A DNA stretch of 64,000 nucleotides, from the NCBI GenBank assembly GCA_964106915.2, contig OZ066915.1; one strand, given 5' to 3'. The notes below the pieces were generated by a model. It had not been told where the DNA came from and made no database searches. It saw only the letters and a list, made by a program, of their open reading frames with translations. Both the position numbers and the translations under genes were made by a program. Source of the stretch: Podarcis gaigeae (Eukaryota). Shown piece after piece: positions 1 to 12,000 of this stretch; the first letter of the stretch is position 1; each line of letters starts with the position of its first letter.

Positions 1-1094
1 GATGAATAGATATTATTGCACTGATTTTATGGGTTATTGATAGCCATTTGGAGACTTGGAGGCATTTATTTTAGTGTTCAACACTGAGCATCATACAGCT
101 TCACAGACACTTTGAAGAATGTACACTGGAACCTACCGTAGAGGCTTTCCTTCTCGCGAAGTCTTCTGAGGCATGGTTTGCATGTTTTTATTCTTAGAAT
201 ATGTATTCAGAACCCTTTTAAACATACCTCTTGATTTGTTAAAGTCATTACAGAGCGGTTTAAAATTACTTGACCTGTATCTTGTTTTTGAACCTTTTAT
301 TGTTGTTTTTCAGCCTGGGAATGAGTGATATATTATACAAACAATTTGAATTGGTTTCAATAATTAATTACAGGAGAGGACAAAGAACATCAAAGGGGGG
401 GAAATGAAAGCAATCCATAAGCTGGTGTTGTTGTCTCTGTCAAGGGCAATTAATATCCTAATCTAACCTAGGGCAGTTGAGACCAGCGCATGGTATGCAC
501 AGATGTTGACAGAATGTGGAGTCCTGTTAACTCCTTTGGGGTCTCTATCAAGCTCTGTCTTGCTATGACTAACAGCAGGGGGTCATTTGAATACCAGGCT
601 CTTTAGAGAAAGGGGGGTGGATTCCACGCTGTGAATCAAAGTGACATTGTCTTCTCCTTGTATTTTGCATCTCTACTGTCATAAAACACGGTCTGCTGCA
701 TGAAAAGATTCTTTTACTTCTTGAATTATGTACATATTTGGTTGATTCCCCTCATCTGAAATAAATATAACAACTGGTGTAATTTGTTTTCTATATACCA
801 CAAGAAAAGCAATTTTGTGTGTGCAGATATTTTCCTATGTCTACCAACTGTTTGTGGTCGCTATATTTCCAGTAGCTAGAGTTTCAGAGAAATGTGGGCA
901 TTAAATGGGAACCATGTGGTAGGGAGTAAAAGATCACTTCCTGCTTTTAGAACATTAATTGATGAAGCCTTTCTGACAAACATATTCAGTCTTTGGAACT
1001 GTGATAAAATATAGAAGCAGCAGTCTCTGTTGAAGAGAGTTTTATTTCTTATGGACATTCATAGAGGGAAAATATCATCCTCTGTTGTTCACAT

Positions 1095-1367
1095 AAAGGT
1101 CAAGGGACCCCTGACCATTAGGTCCAGTCATGTCTGACTCTGGGGTTGTGGCGCTCATCTTGCTTTATTGGCCAAGGGAGCCGGCGTACAACTTCTGGGT
1201 CATGCGGCCAGCATGACTAAGCCACTTCTGGCGAACCAGAGCAGCACACGGAAACGCCATTTACCTTCCCACCGGAGCGGTACCTATTTATCTACTTGCA
1301 CTTTGATGTGCTTTCGAACTGCTAGGATGGCAGGAGCAGGGACTGAGCAACGGGAGCTCACCCCGTC
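1095..1367 (-). mobile_element. Sauria SINE (lacertid type), 5'-truncated
   Basis: Characteristic core (ggtcatgcggccagcatgactaagcc...tttaccttcc...gtacctatttatctact...gggagctcaccccgtc) and ACCTTT tail on the - strand. Confidence 0.85.
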
Positions 1368-1374
1368 ATAAGTT

Positions 1375-1397
1375 TGTGTGTGTGTGTGTGTGTGTGT
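1375..1397. repeat. (TG)n microsatellite
   Basis: Seen directly. Confidence 0.95.
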
Positions 1398-2059
1398 AGT
1401 ACAGAACAATAAATTCTCTGTGTTGTTTTGCTCTTATCTGGCTGTTTGCATTTACTGACTGTTATCAAATTATTCTGGTTTATTATAGATTTCTAGTCAC
1501 CACCTCTGGATTTATGCTATTGTGTTAGTGGACTCTTAATGTGAAATTCCATTGTTGTATGACCACACATTACCTCTCTTTTTTGAGGCATTTGAGTCTG
1601 ATAATAGGCAGCAGGGTGAGGCAACTGTCCTTTTAGGTCTATGAAGGAGGATCTTGTTATTCCTGTCCATCCTGTCAGTGCACTGCATGCAAAGTGTCCT
1701 CTCTTCAGAAATGGTTTTAGAACACCCAGAAACGAAGAGATAAACCCATGTTTACTTCTGTTCTTTAAGCTGGATATTGTTACCAACTTTCTCTTTCTTG
1801 AGATTTGAGCCCGTTGCACCTATAAAATGTTGTCTAGGGGCTCTCTCTTTCTTTGGAAGGAATTGTCAGCAGCAGCGAGGAGTGTTTTCCCCCCTGTCAG
1901 AACCTGCAACTATGTTATTCGCAAACTTAGTAAGGATACAATACAATTGGTAACATATGAAGGCTTTAGATAGCTTTCTTGGCTAATAATATGTTACCTG
2001 GGTGAATAAAATCACTTTTAAGTATACATATATATATATAAAAAACCACATTTTAAGTT

Positions 2060-3490
2060 AGTGGGCGCCTGTCGGATCTCAACAGGAATGCCGTTTCTCA
2101 AAACGGGCAGGCAAATGACTGCGGAGAACGAGGAGGAGGCTTCTGATATTGCAGGGAATCTGAAGGGGAAGCCCTCCCGCAGAAAGCAGTGACCTCCTTG
2201 TGCATTTGCGTGGAAGAATTGCGCACCATACCCGATTTGAATCCATTTCTCAATGGCGGCTAGGCATGCGTTTAACCCCCTTAACTCGGCATTTGAGCTT
2301 TGCAGGACTCCATCCCTCGGATGCTCCGAGGGGGACTCCCAGACTCCTATGCAAACCCGGACCCTACTTCGCCGCATCCGCCCGGATCGACCACAGCACA
2401 GGCGCCCACGTTGCTGCTCCGACTTTCCCCTGTAGAGGGCGCGGGAGAGCAACGGTTTTTTGTAATCATCGACTTCAAAAAAAGAGAAAAAGAGATCCCT
2501 GGTCACGTGACGTGCCCGAATCCTCCTGCGCTTCCTTTCTGGGCGAGGGCGGTGCTCGCCTTCTCCCGGCGGCGTTGGCTGCTTTCCGCCGGGGGATCAC
2601 GTGGTGAGGCCTTAGGCCCCTCCTCTCAGCTGCTGGGCTTTGGGGCGGTGGGGCTGTGCTTGCCGCGGGGGCTGCTGGGTAATCCGACTCCAGAGAGGGA
2701 AAGAGAAGGAGGGAGGCGGCGGCGGAGACTGGCGTCGTCGGGGAGGCCTTGACACCGCCGCCCTCTCGCGTTTCAGCGCAGCCCCGGCTCGGCGGCCCCC
2801 AGACATGGAGCGGCGGGGGAGCCGGAGATGGAACTCCGCCTCCGCGCCTTTCTCTCCGCGGTGATCTCCCTCGGCCTGCCCCTCCTCTCGCCTGTGGCGG
2901 CGGCGGCGGCTGCTGCTACTTCTTCTGGGGCCTTCCTGGCTCTCCTCACGCCCGCCCGGCGGTGGCGGCAACCGGGAAATGGTCGGGGTGTAGCGACGGA
3001 GCCCACGGAGGTGAGTGGCCGGGCGGCTCGGGGCGGAGCTGGCGCCGCTGTCGGTGGCACTTGGGCTGGGGCGAGGCAAGGTAAGGTAGGCCCCGCTTCA
3101 CCCCCCCCCCTCAGGTAGCGGGAAGAAGGAGCCCTCCCTGGGGGTGGGTGAGACGACCCCTCCCTCCTCGCTGCTGAGGCTGAGGCTGTTATTACACCCC
3201 CGTCCCAGGCAACCCCCCCTCCCATAGAAAGCGTCGAAAGTCGCCTCAGGATGTATCTCCCCCGCTCTTTCCCTCTTCTTCCGGGAGGGGGGTGGTGGTG
3301 GTGGATGGGTAGGCATTTTCTGCTTCCGCTCCTCCCTCTCTACTTTGGAATGGGCTTCCTTTCTTCGCTTCTCCCACGCCCCGGATTCTCCCCGTCCTCC
3401 CTCCTTCGAAATTCAGGGGAGCTCCTCTCCCTTGGATCCCTTTCCTAATCTGTCGCTTACTGCTCTCCGTACTTCATCCTTAAGCGAGGT
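2060..3490 (+). promoter_or_regulatory. AFF4: CpG-island promoter and non-coding first exon region of AFF4
   Basis: Abrupt rise in GC and CpG density against an AT-rich, CpG-depleted background. E-boxes at 2502-2511 (GTCACGTGAC) and 2597-2604 (TCACGTGG). Consensus splice donors at 3010/3011 (GAG|gtgagt) and 3080/3081 (AAG|gtaagg). Confidence 0.9.
2640..3010 (+). other. AFF4: AFF4 exon 1 (5'UTR); 5' boundary approximate, 3' boundary at donor GAG|gtgagt (alternative donor at 3080)
   Basis: Perfect donor inside the CpG island. Exon 2 carries only 4 nt (CAAC) before the ATG, so an upstream non-coding exon is required. The TSS cannot be determined from sequence. Confidence 0.65.
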
Positions 3491-3538
3491 ATCCCCAGAA
3501 TGACTGCTAGGATAGGGTATCCCCAGAATGACTGCTAG
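3488..3538. repeat. Tandem duplication of GGTATCCCCAGAATGACTGCTAG (period 28)
   Basis: Identical 23-nt copies at 3488-3510 and 3516-3538. Confidence 0.9.
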
Positions 3539-6366
3539 CACACCTGGTTACTAGCGCTTCTATTTCTCTCTCTCTCTCCCCCCCCCCCATATATATGCCG
3601 TATCACATAAATGCACACACGTGAGGGCTTCTGATGATACATTGTGTGTTCGAAGGATGGAAGCAGAGATGGGATGGCACTGCCTTTCTTTCCCAGAAGT
3701 GCCCGTAGCTTGAGATAAATGTGCATCTGAGTTTGTTCTTGGATGGTTTTGCTAACTAAAGCACCACCACCTCCTCTATGGCAATAGTTGGGTTTTAATC
3801 CCACTCACTCCAGTGATCAGTCAGCTGTTTGTTATGTTGTTGAAATACTGAGTAGCTCTTAGGACAGATCAGGCAAAGCGATTGTAGTTCTGTAGATTGC
3901 TTTTTGAGTGAGTTTTCTGGCAGATCTTATCTGTCTTATGTCAGCAGAAGTTCCTCTAAAAGTGATATGGGGATTTCACCATCTCTTTTGTTACTGTACC
4001 CAAAGCTGCAGTAGTCTCACCATTTGAAGGAAGGACTGTCTTGATCTCCTGTTACTCCACACAGAATCTGAATTTGAAATGTCTTATCCAGTGTAACACA
4101 GATAAGATACATCTTAACTGTATAGCTATTATCTCTTTAACTAACACTGAGGGCAGGTTTACATAATACTAGTTCTGTATTTGTGGGACATCCCAACTGT
4201 CCTTAACAATGAGTATTAACAAATATAACATGTGAATTGGGTAATTGTGAACAGAGCAGTCCTTCCTCAAAGGTCTACTATCACTGGAACTCCTGCTGGC
4301 ACAGTTCATGTGTTGTGTTGATCTCAGTACTGTATGTACACCTGAGTAAGAACAATCATAATTACTTGTGCAAAAATGTATTTGAACTGCTTGTGTATAA
4401 GTATGGAATGGTAGCTATAGTTTGGATGGGATCCAGAAAGCCTTGGATGATACAGCTCTGGGCCAACAGTGTTGAGAGAAGAAGCTTTCAATTGTGTTGA
4501 TCTCTTTCTAGGCAGGAATGAGATGTTAATGACTCAGACTTAGTTCCTTATCATCTGTTGAAAGAGCTTGACTCTGAGAAATGTGAAAAAGAAACATTTT
4601 ACAATTTACTGTATTGCCTTAAGGAATCAGGACAGTATCCCTGCACTGTGATTTGAAATGTATGGTGTTGAGAGTGAGAGGAACGAAAGTCATTCAGCAA
4701 AGAGTAGTGTTCCAAGGAAAATACTTCTCAGACAAGTATCACACTTCTTTCCTTGGTTTATTACTGTGCCTGTTACCTTCAGCAAATGACTGTTGTTTAT
4801 CAGGCTGATAATTTAATGGGGACATTTGGATTTAAATCTGTTGAATCCTATTGACGATAATAGGATTAAGCTAGTTTAAATCTAAATACTTTGCTTTAAG
4901 TGACGGTGAGTTCATAACCTAAGCCCCACAATTTGTTTGGACTAAATTTTCTATATATCACAAAATTAAGGCTAAAGAACCTCTTAGCTTACTTTGTATG
5001 CACTTGACTATTACTATGGGATGTACCAGAACAGAAGTTTAACAAAGACTCCACCAATACTTACACTGTTTATTGTCAATAAAGTTATGATTTCCTCCTG
5101 ACTTAAATCTTGTCTCAAAGCTGCTGTAGGCACAAGTGGGGGCTGATTTCTGGTTTAAGCTCTTAAGCCCATATGTTTTCCTCTCTGCACATAATAGCCT
5201 CTAGGTTGGAGCAAATTTAAATTTGGCCTTCAGCACAGGGGCAAAGGGTTGCAAGTCCAAATTGCCCTCCTCCTTAAAGATGTCATGGAACTCACATGCC
5301 ATATATAGGTTTATTTTTTTACCTGAATGGAACTTAAGTTTATTCACCCTCATCTTCTCTAACACTGACCTCAGACGAATAGAGAGATGACACTGCTTCA
5401 CCAGGAGTTGACAGTTTTCATCAGTATATTGATAGCCAGGTCAGGTAGCCAGCACCAGTTGATGTAAGTTTTCTGAGTAATTTTGAATTAGAAAACTATT
5501 TCTCCTCTCCTTACGTATAATGTGTGTGATTCTTAATTTGTAAAGTATATATGCTTTCTAGGGGAAATGACCTGTTAAATTGTAGTTTAACTGGTATGCA
5601 GCAGGGAATCCATTTAATGAATTTATCCTCATCTTCAGTTCTAAACTGATGGTATGGTGAACTAAAACCTGTCCTTAGATCTTTGTCAAATGCATTTTTT
5701 GGGAGACAGGGAGTTGTCTTGGTTAGGCTAAAACTTGGATGAAGGGTCTATATACTTCCTGACAGGAGATCCCTGCCAGTGCTTGTGTCTTGCTGTGTTC
5801 TCACTGTTTAGTTATTCTAAGGTAGATTGCAATCATTGTCATGTTAAAATATGTGACTTCCCAGTAGCAAGTGGCAAGCCCATGAAAGAGGTCAGTGAAT
5901 AGACATAGGCCTCCCTAGTCCAGTTCTAACATTTTATTTTCTGAAGCACCCTGGTTCTCATAATATTTCCTATAGAATGTACCCTGCCCTTTTATGATTG
6001 TTTGTCTGCAAGGCACTATATTCACTGATATTGTATACATAATCAACAGTATTTATCTCTTCTGTTTAAAGAATCAGATGATCATAGTTTGAACATGCAA
6101 CTGAAAATGAACTATATGCATAATCAACAGCTGTTTCTCATTTAGTAATGTTTGGAAATGCTAAGGACATGAACTGCCACTATTAAAGTGTTTAAATAAT
6201 ATCCTAATAAATACTAAACTAATACCAAATTTCTGAAATGAGCTTTGACCAGAAACCATGGTGCAGCAAATTTAGTGGCACTCTGCTGACAGTAAGACTT
6301 TCATCTGAGGCTAAGGGAGGAAAACCTCCCTCTGTATTCCCCCCCCCCCCCATGATTGCTCTAGAG

Positions 6367-6705
6367 CAGGGGCGCCCAACTCCCAAGAGACTGCGATCCA
6401 CTCACAGAATAAAAAACTGGCAGTGATCTACCCCGTTTTTGGGGTGTTCAGGTCAAAGTTGTTGAGCTTCGTTTAGGGACAAAATTGAGGAAAGGGAAAA
6501 ACTCACCAAAAGATCGCTATGAAAACAATCTGTCTCACAGCGAAAAGTCCATCTTCCGTTACAGCTATCATGCGAAAATGGAGGACAGGCCGAGGGGGTG
6601 GGGCTGGATGCTCTGATGACAATGCAAAGGAAAAGGAGACCGAGATCAACTGGAACCCTCCAGGGATCAAACAGTTGATCTCGATCGACCTGTTGGACAC
6701 CCCTG
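6367..6705. mobile_element. Non-autonomous hAT element
   Basis: TIRs CAGGGGCGCCCAAC / GTTGGACACCCCTG; perfect 8-bp TSD CTCTAGAG (6359-6366, 6706-6713). Confidence 0.9.
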
Positions 6706-7020
6706 CTCTAGAGGATCCTCCAGTCTGTCAAGCAAGCAACTGAGAGGGTCTGCCTTTGTAAATTACAAACTGCTTATTGACGAATCAATGGGTAATGCAA
6801 GAGGTCTTTGGGAGATGTGGAAAGGAGATCTAGGTATCAGCACTGTGAAACATGACAGGTTTGATAAGGTCTGGCCCTATTTTATAAGTTACATGAATAA
6901 CTCACCTTCATCCACTGCTCCATATGACAATGTGGAGTTACATGGATATGAAATTACCTGTTCATTGTGTTGCTTAGTGATCACTGTATTGTAACAGGAA
7001 AATATATTTTGCATTTGTAT

Positions 7021-7749
7021 ATCCCTGGTCCTGAATGGGGTAACTGTGCCCCTGAAGGACCAGGTGTGCAGCCTGGGAGTCATTCTGGACTCACAGCTGT
7101 CCATGGAGATGCAGGTCAATTCTGTGTCCAGGGCAGCTGTTTATCAGCTCCATCTGGTACGCAGGCTGAGACCCTACCTGCCCGCAGACTGTCTCACCAG
7201 AGTGGTGCATGCTCTAGTTATCTCTTGCTTGGACTACTGCAATGCGCTCTATGTGGGGCTACCTTTGAAGGTAACCTGGAAACTACAACTTATCCAGAAT
7301 GCAGCAGCTAGACTGGTGACTGGGAGCGGCCGCCGAGACCATATAACACTGGTCTTGAAAGACCTACACTGGTTCCCAGTACATTTCCGAGCACAATTCA
7401 AAGTGTTGGTGCTGACCTTTAAAGCCCTAAATGGCCTCGGTCCAGTATACCTGAAGGAGCGTCTCCACCCCTGTTGTTCTGCCCAGACACTGGGCTCCAG
7501 TGCCGAGGGCCTTCTGGTGGTTCCCTCACTGTGAGAAGCGAAGTTACAGGGAACCAGGCAGAGGGCCTTCTTGGTAGTGGCGCCCGCCCTGTGGAACGCC
7601 CTCCCACCAGATGTCAAAGAGAAAAACAACTACCAGACTTTTAGAAGACATCCGAAGGCAGCTTTCTTTAGGGGAGCTTTTAATGTTTAATAGGTTATTG
7701 TATTGTAGTGTTCTGTTGGAAGCCAACCAGATGGGCGGGGTATAAATAA

Positions 7750-7790
<41 letters not shown>
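7021..7790 (+). mobile_element. L2-clade LINE 3' fragment (RT C-terminal region) with (TTA)n tail
   Basis: ORF 7046-7534 LGVILDSQLS...RRLRPYL...HALVISCLDYCNALY..GLP...LQLIQNAAARL...LHWFPV, typical of L2 ORF2; ends gggcggggtataaataaa(tta)n. Confidence 0.88.
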
Positions 7791-7823
7791 CATCATTATC
7801 ATTATCATTATCATCATCATCAT
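7751..7823. repeat. (TTA)n/(TCA)n compound microsatellite from LINE tail
   Basis: Seen directly. Confidence 0.9.
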
Positions 7824-7882
7824 CTTTTAAATCACACTGACTATTGGATTTGAATTGTTTTATTTTAAAAAAACCTTTAATA

Positions 7883-8234
7883 CAGTGATTCTCAAATGGT
7901 GTGGCATTTGACATCAAGTATAGTGGGAAGATTCAAGGATAATCAAAGACACATTTAAACATTTCAATGTAGTATAGGATCATAATATGTATTTATTTTC
8001 AGAATATGGATAAATATTTTTTCAAAATGAGAGCAAGAGCATCAAGAATATTGAGGACAATCCTAGTTGTCATTTATAATTATATTTTGGGAGTTATTCA
8101 AGTTCTCATGTAGCTGCATTGTTTTACACTTTCTGGATGTCCCACGATCATATTATAAAATAGTTGTATTCTGTGTTATAAATTAAGCACGAGCAAATTT
8201 TCTCTGGTACAGAGAAAAAGTTTGAGAACCACTG
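7883..8234. mobile_element. Non-autonomous hAT element
   Basis: TIRs CAGTGATTCTCAAA / TTTGAGAACCACTG; perfect 8-bp TSD CTTTAATA (7875-7882, 8235-8242). Confidence 0.88.
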
Positions 8235-8975
8235 CTTTAATAAATACATTTTGGGGGTGAAATTTCTTTCCTCCCAGTACCACAGATTGACGTCTTACTG
8301 TCAGCTGAGTGACACCACTGGACACAATCCACTGTGAATATAAAACTATATATAAAATTCTGAAAAGCTGGTACCTATTTATATCCTCCTCATATTTTAC
8401 ATAGTGAATATATATAATAGCTCACATAGTCCTATATATAAATGAGACTTTTTGTCTTATTTTTGAAGCAGTATTGAATATATGCTTCCCATCCTTATTC
8501 TGCTTTCAGATAAGATGGCAATATTGGCAAGTAGGAAGGAATAACGTTGTGGTGAAGTAGTTAAGTGTTATTTGTCAACAACTGGAATGTGTTCATGTAG
8601 TCATGGTTTTTTGCTCAGTCTTAGATTTTTCCTTCAGGTCACAGTGGTTTGATGAAAAGCCTGCTTAATTTATGCTTTGCTTTTGCATTTTATTGCAGTA
8701 ACAGGTATGGTTTGCTAGAAGACATCTGCTGGTATGATTAAATCGTTTGAGTCAATAGGCATGTTCTGTTTGGCACAGACCATAGATACCATGTTATGGG
8801 AGGTGCATAAGCTTCATACTTATAAGTGTCTGGGCAAAAGAAATGCAGCCACTTGGGCAGAAATGGATTGAGGAATTGAAGGATTTGTATAAGATTTACT
8901 GGGTAATTCATAAAGAAGTGGAAGTAAGGCAGTGTGTGTACCAGCCTTCTGAATTACCCATCAAAGTTACTAGCC

Positions 8976-9024
8976 AATAAATAAATAAATAACCAACCAA
9001 CCAACCAACCAACCAACCAACCAA
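8976..9024. repeat. (AAAT)n(AACC)n microsatellite
   Basis: Seen directly. Confidence 0.9.
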
Positions 9025-12000
9025 CGTACAGTACCTGCCTTGTACTTACAAGAGGAGTTGGTAGATCTTTCTAACCTTTCTTATGAGTAGGTGAGGAAAA
9101 CATTTTAAATGAAGCTGACTAGTGGAGGGCACATAGAATGTTCCCTGCCTTGTTCTCTCCTCACCTGGTTTCTGTGCTGGATGTGCAGAAAGGGGCTTCA
9201 CTGCCTGGTTGCTGAGCATAGAAGGCTTGTAAGTGAAGGTGTGGGTCCCTGTGTCACTTCATCAGCTCATTATGTTTCTTTGTTGAGCCACACAAGGAGC
9301 AAAGCACTCTTCTCTGTGTGCCCAGAACAGAAGCTTAGCAGACTATCATAGCAACCCAACCTTCCACTGACAGACTCCTTGATTTCAGTTCTAGGTGAGG
9401 AGGAGGCAAAGTTCCCTCCTATACAACATAAAACTGAGCAGACTGCCAGAAGAAGCAGGTGGGTGGGTGTGTGCACGCGCACACACAAACTATATGTAGC
9501 ACCCTTAATCGAAAAATCTCAGGATGGTTAACATTAAAATCTAATTGAATAACCGTGTACTGGAAGCAACCATTTTACATTCATCCAATTGACACACAAC
9601 CATGCACACGCTCATCATTACTGAAGCAGAAGATGGGTTCCTATTCTTAATAGTTATAGTAAAAATGTTAGACTGGGGGAAATGGAGAGGCTCAGGTAGT
9701 GAAGAATGAATGCAAACAAATGAAGCTACATGCACATGGCTTAATTTTAGTTGGGAATGTGGGCTAAGGTTAGTGCGATCCTATGTTACTCAAAAGTAAG
9801 TCTCATTGCTTTCAGTGAGAGTTCTTTGCAGCTAAATGTGTACTGGAATGCAGTTTCAAGCCCAAAGCCTTATAGAAGAGACAAATTTTGGGGCTGAGGT
9901 TTGAAGGAAATTGGACAGTGAGGAAAGGGGATGGGAACATCAAATGGCAACAGAAAGGCATAGAGGGTCACCATCCGAAGTGTTAGCAGAGTGTAATTGT
10001 GACAATATGTTAAGACTTAAGCTTGTGGCCATATGACTTTGGAAAAGTTTCTGCTTCAAGAGAGTTGAGCCAAATTCTTGTTCTTTTTTGCAGTTAAGTG
10101 AGATAATACATTGGAGAAGATACTAAAATTGTTGATGTATTCATAAGAAGTTCTGCTCAGTTAAGAAGGTGATGATACCTTTGTAGGCATCAAATTCCTG
10201 AGCAATGAGAGAGCTGTTAATTCCATTGTGTTTCGACAGTACTTCCACTTCTTGCCATAGTTGGTTTCTCAGTCACCTGACATATATCAAATAGTCTTAA
10301 CCTGATGATTTGATTATATGACTAATGTTACATTCAGGCAGTGAATAAGCTATAGTGGATAGTAATGTACAGACTGTGTATTTGAATTTACAGAGAAATG
10401 ATGAATACCTACATACTATTGGTTCACATATATTTTTGAGTTTAACTAATTATGGAAATAAGACAATACATCAGGAACTGTCAGAGCCATGTACTTGGGC
10501 ATGTAAAAGCATGCCCCACAAAAACTCTGCGTGCTAATCATTCTGCTGTAACTACAAGAACTAAGAGTGATATCTAAGTACGTCATACTCAGATTAGCGC
10601 CGTTGAAATCAGTGAACTTGTATAACTTAAATACATTCTGAGTATGACTAACACTGGATATGACCCTAAATATCAAATTCTCTGAAATAATATCCAGCTT
10701 TTCTCCAAATAGTGTTGATATGTTAATTTCTTTGTCTTGTGGCTTTTGTCCTGAATATTGTAGGTTCTATGAATTAAGTGAAGCTCAAGTCATCCACTGG
10801 TATAAGGATAACTGAACAGGAAACTGTTGAAACCAAAGACAGTTTGTTTTATTTCAATGATAGACAAAGCTGATAAAGGTTTATTAGAGCTTTCAGAATG
10901 GAAGTGGATGAAGCCAGCTTTGAATGTTGTTTTGTTGTCTTTTAGCTTGCTTTTTGCTTTGTTGGTGAAACAAGGAACAGCCAGGCTAGAATAATCCTGT
11001 GTATTTTGAATGAAGTAGAAACACTTTTGGAAATAGACAAGTGCAACTATAACTTTACTAACTTCAGTCAGCAGGGCTTATCATAACTGGGGAATCTCGT
11101 AACTGCAACCAAGCAAGTTGGCAGCATTTTTATGCTTCCTTTGGAACAATGAGGTTCCAATTATAGAGAAACTGTCATCTCTGATACACTCATAATATTG
11201 AGACTTAATTATTTTAATTCATTATATTGTTATTTGACAAAGAATGTCACATGAAGCCATATTTTATCTTGCTATCAAAAACTGATATTTATTAAAGTGA
11301 CAGAGCTTCAGACCTGATATTAAAGGTGAGAGAAATAAACATCACAGATTATGGCATTTAATTGCGAACTTTGCAAACTATGCCCTCATACGTTTATTCT
11401 ACATTATTAAATTCCTGACAGTTTCAGCTGAAATACGATTTTTAAAAGCCCCTTTTATGTGCAAGATTATAACAGCCCTATGCCAACATTATTGCTATGA
11501 GTGAGGCAGTCTGTAACTGACGCTGACATGAATGCCTGTATATATCAGATACATGCATTGATACAAGTTTGCTGTGCATCAAAGCCAACCATTGGATACT
11601 AAACTAAAAGATACCTGCCTTTGAAAGATAGGGACACATTCTTGTGCACAATGGGTATATTGCATCACTTATTTCAAGACTTTTTGAATTTCTTACTGAG
11701 CAAATGTATTTACTCTTAGCTTTCAGAAGCATATATTATATCAGAAATGACCCAAAGGCCTTCAGTTAATTAATGTTGCCTCCTAGGGTGGTGCTCATAT
11801 TTTAGAGTGGAGGGTAGAACTTAGTCCTTAATAATATATTGTGGATTTTGTATTGTTAGTTGTTTTAGTTTTTTTCTGGTTTTAAATTGTCTTTTACATA
11901 CTTTTGTCAGGTCACTTTGAGACTTTATTGTAAAAAGTAACTGATAAATGAAATAAATAATTTTTCTCATTTTAGATTATACAAGTTTGTGTAGAACTGC

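Noticed and set aside
150-161. CTTCTCGCGAAG palindrome resembling the TCTCGCGAGA promoter motif
   Set aside because: Isolated, imperfect and outside the CpG island.
1-1000. Possible 3'UTR of the upstream neighbour (ZCCHC10 by synteny), AATAAA near 759
   Set aside because: No coding sequence in the window to anchor it; AATAAA is common in AT-rich DNA.
2018-3448. Many overlapping 60-160 aa ORFs on both strands over the CpG island
   Set aside because: Expected from stop-codon scarcity in GC-rich DNA and low-complexity R/G/P/A content; only the ATG-initiated + strand uORFs were kept as hypotheses.
7046-7534. 162-aa ORF as a host gene
   Set aside because: It is the C-terminal part of an L2 LINE ORF2, 5'-truncated and without a real ATG start.
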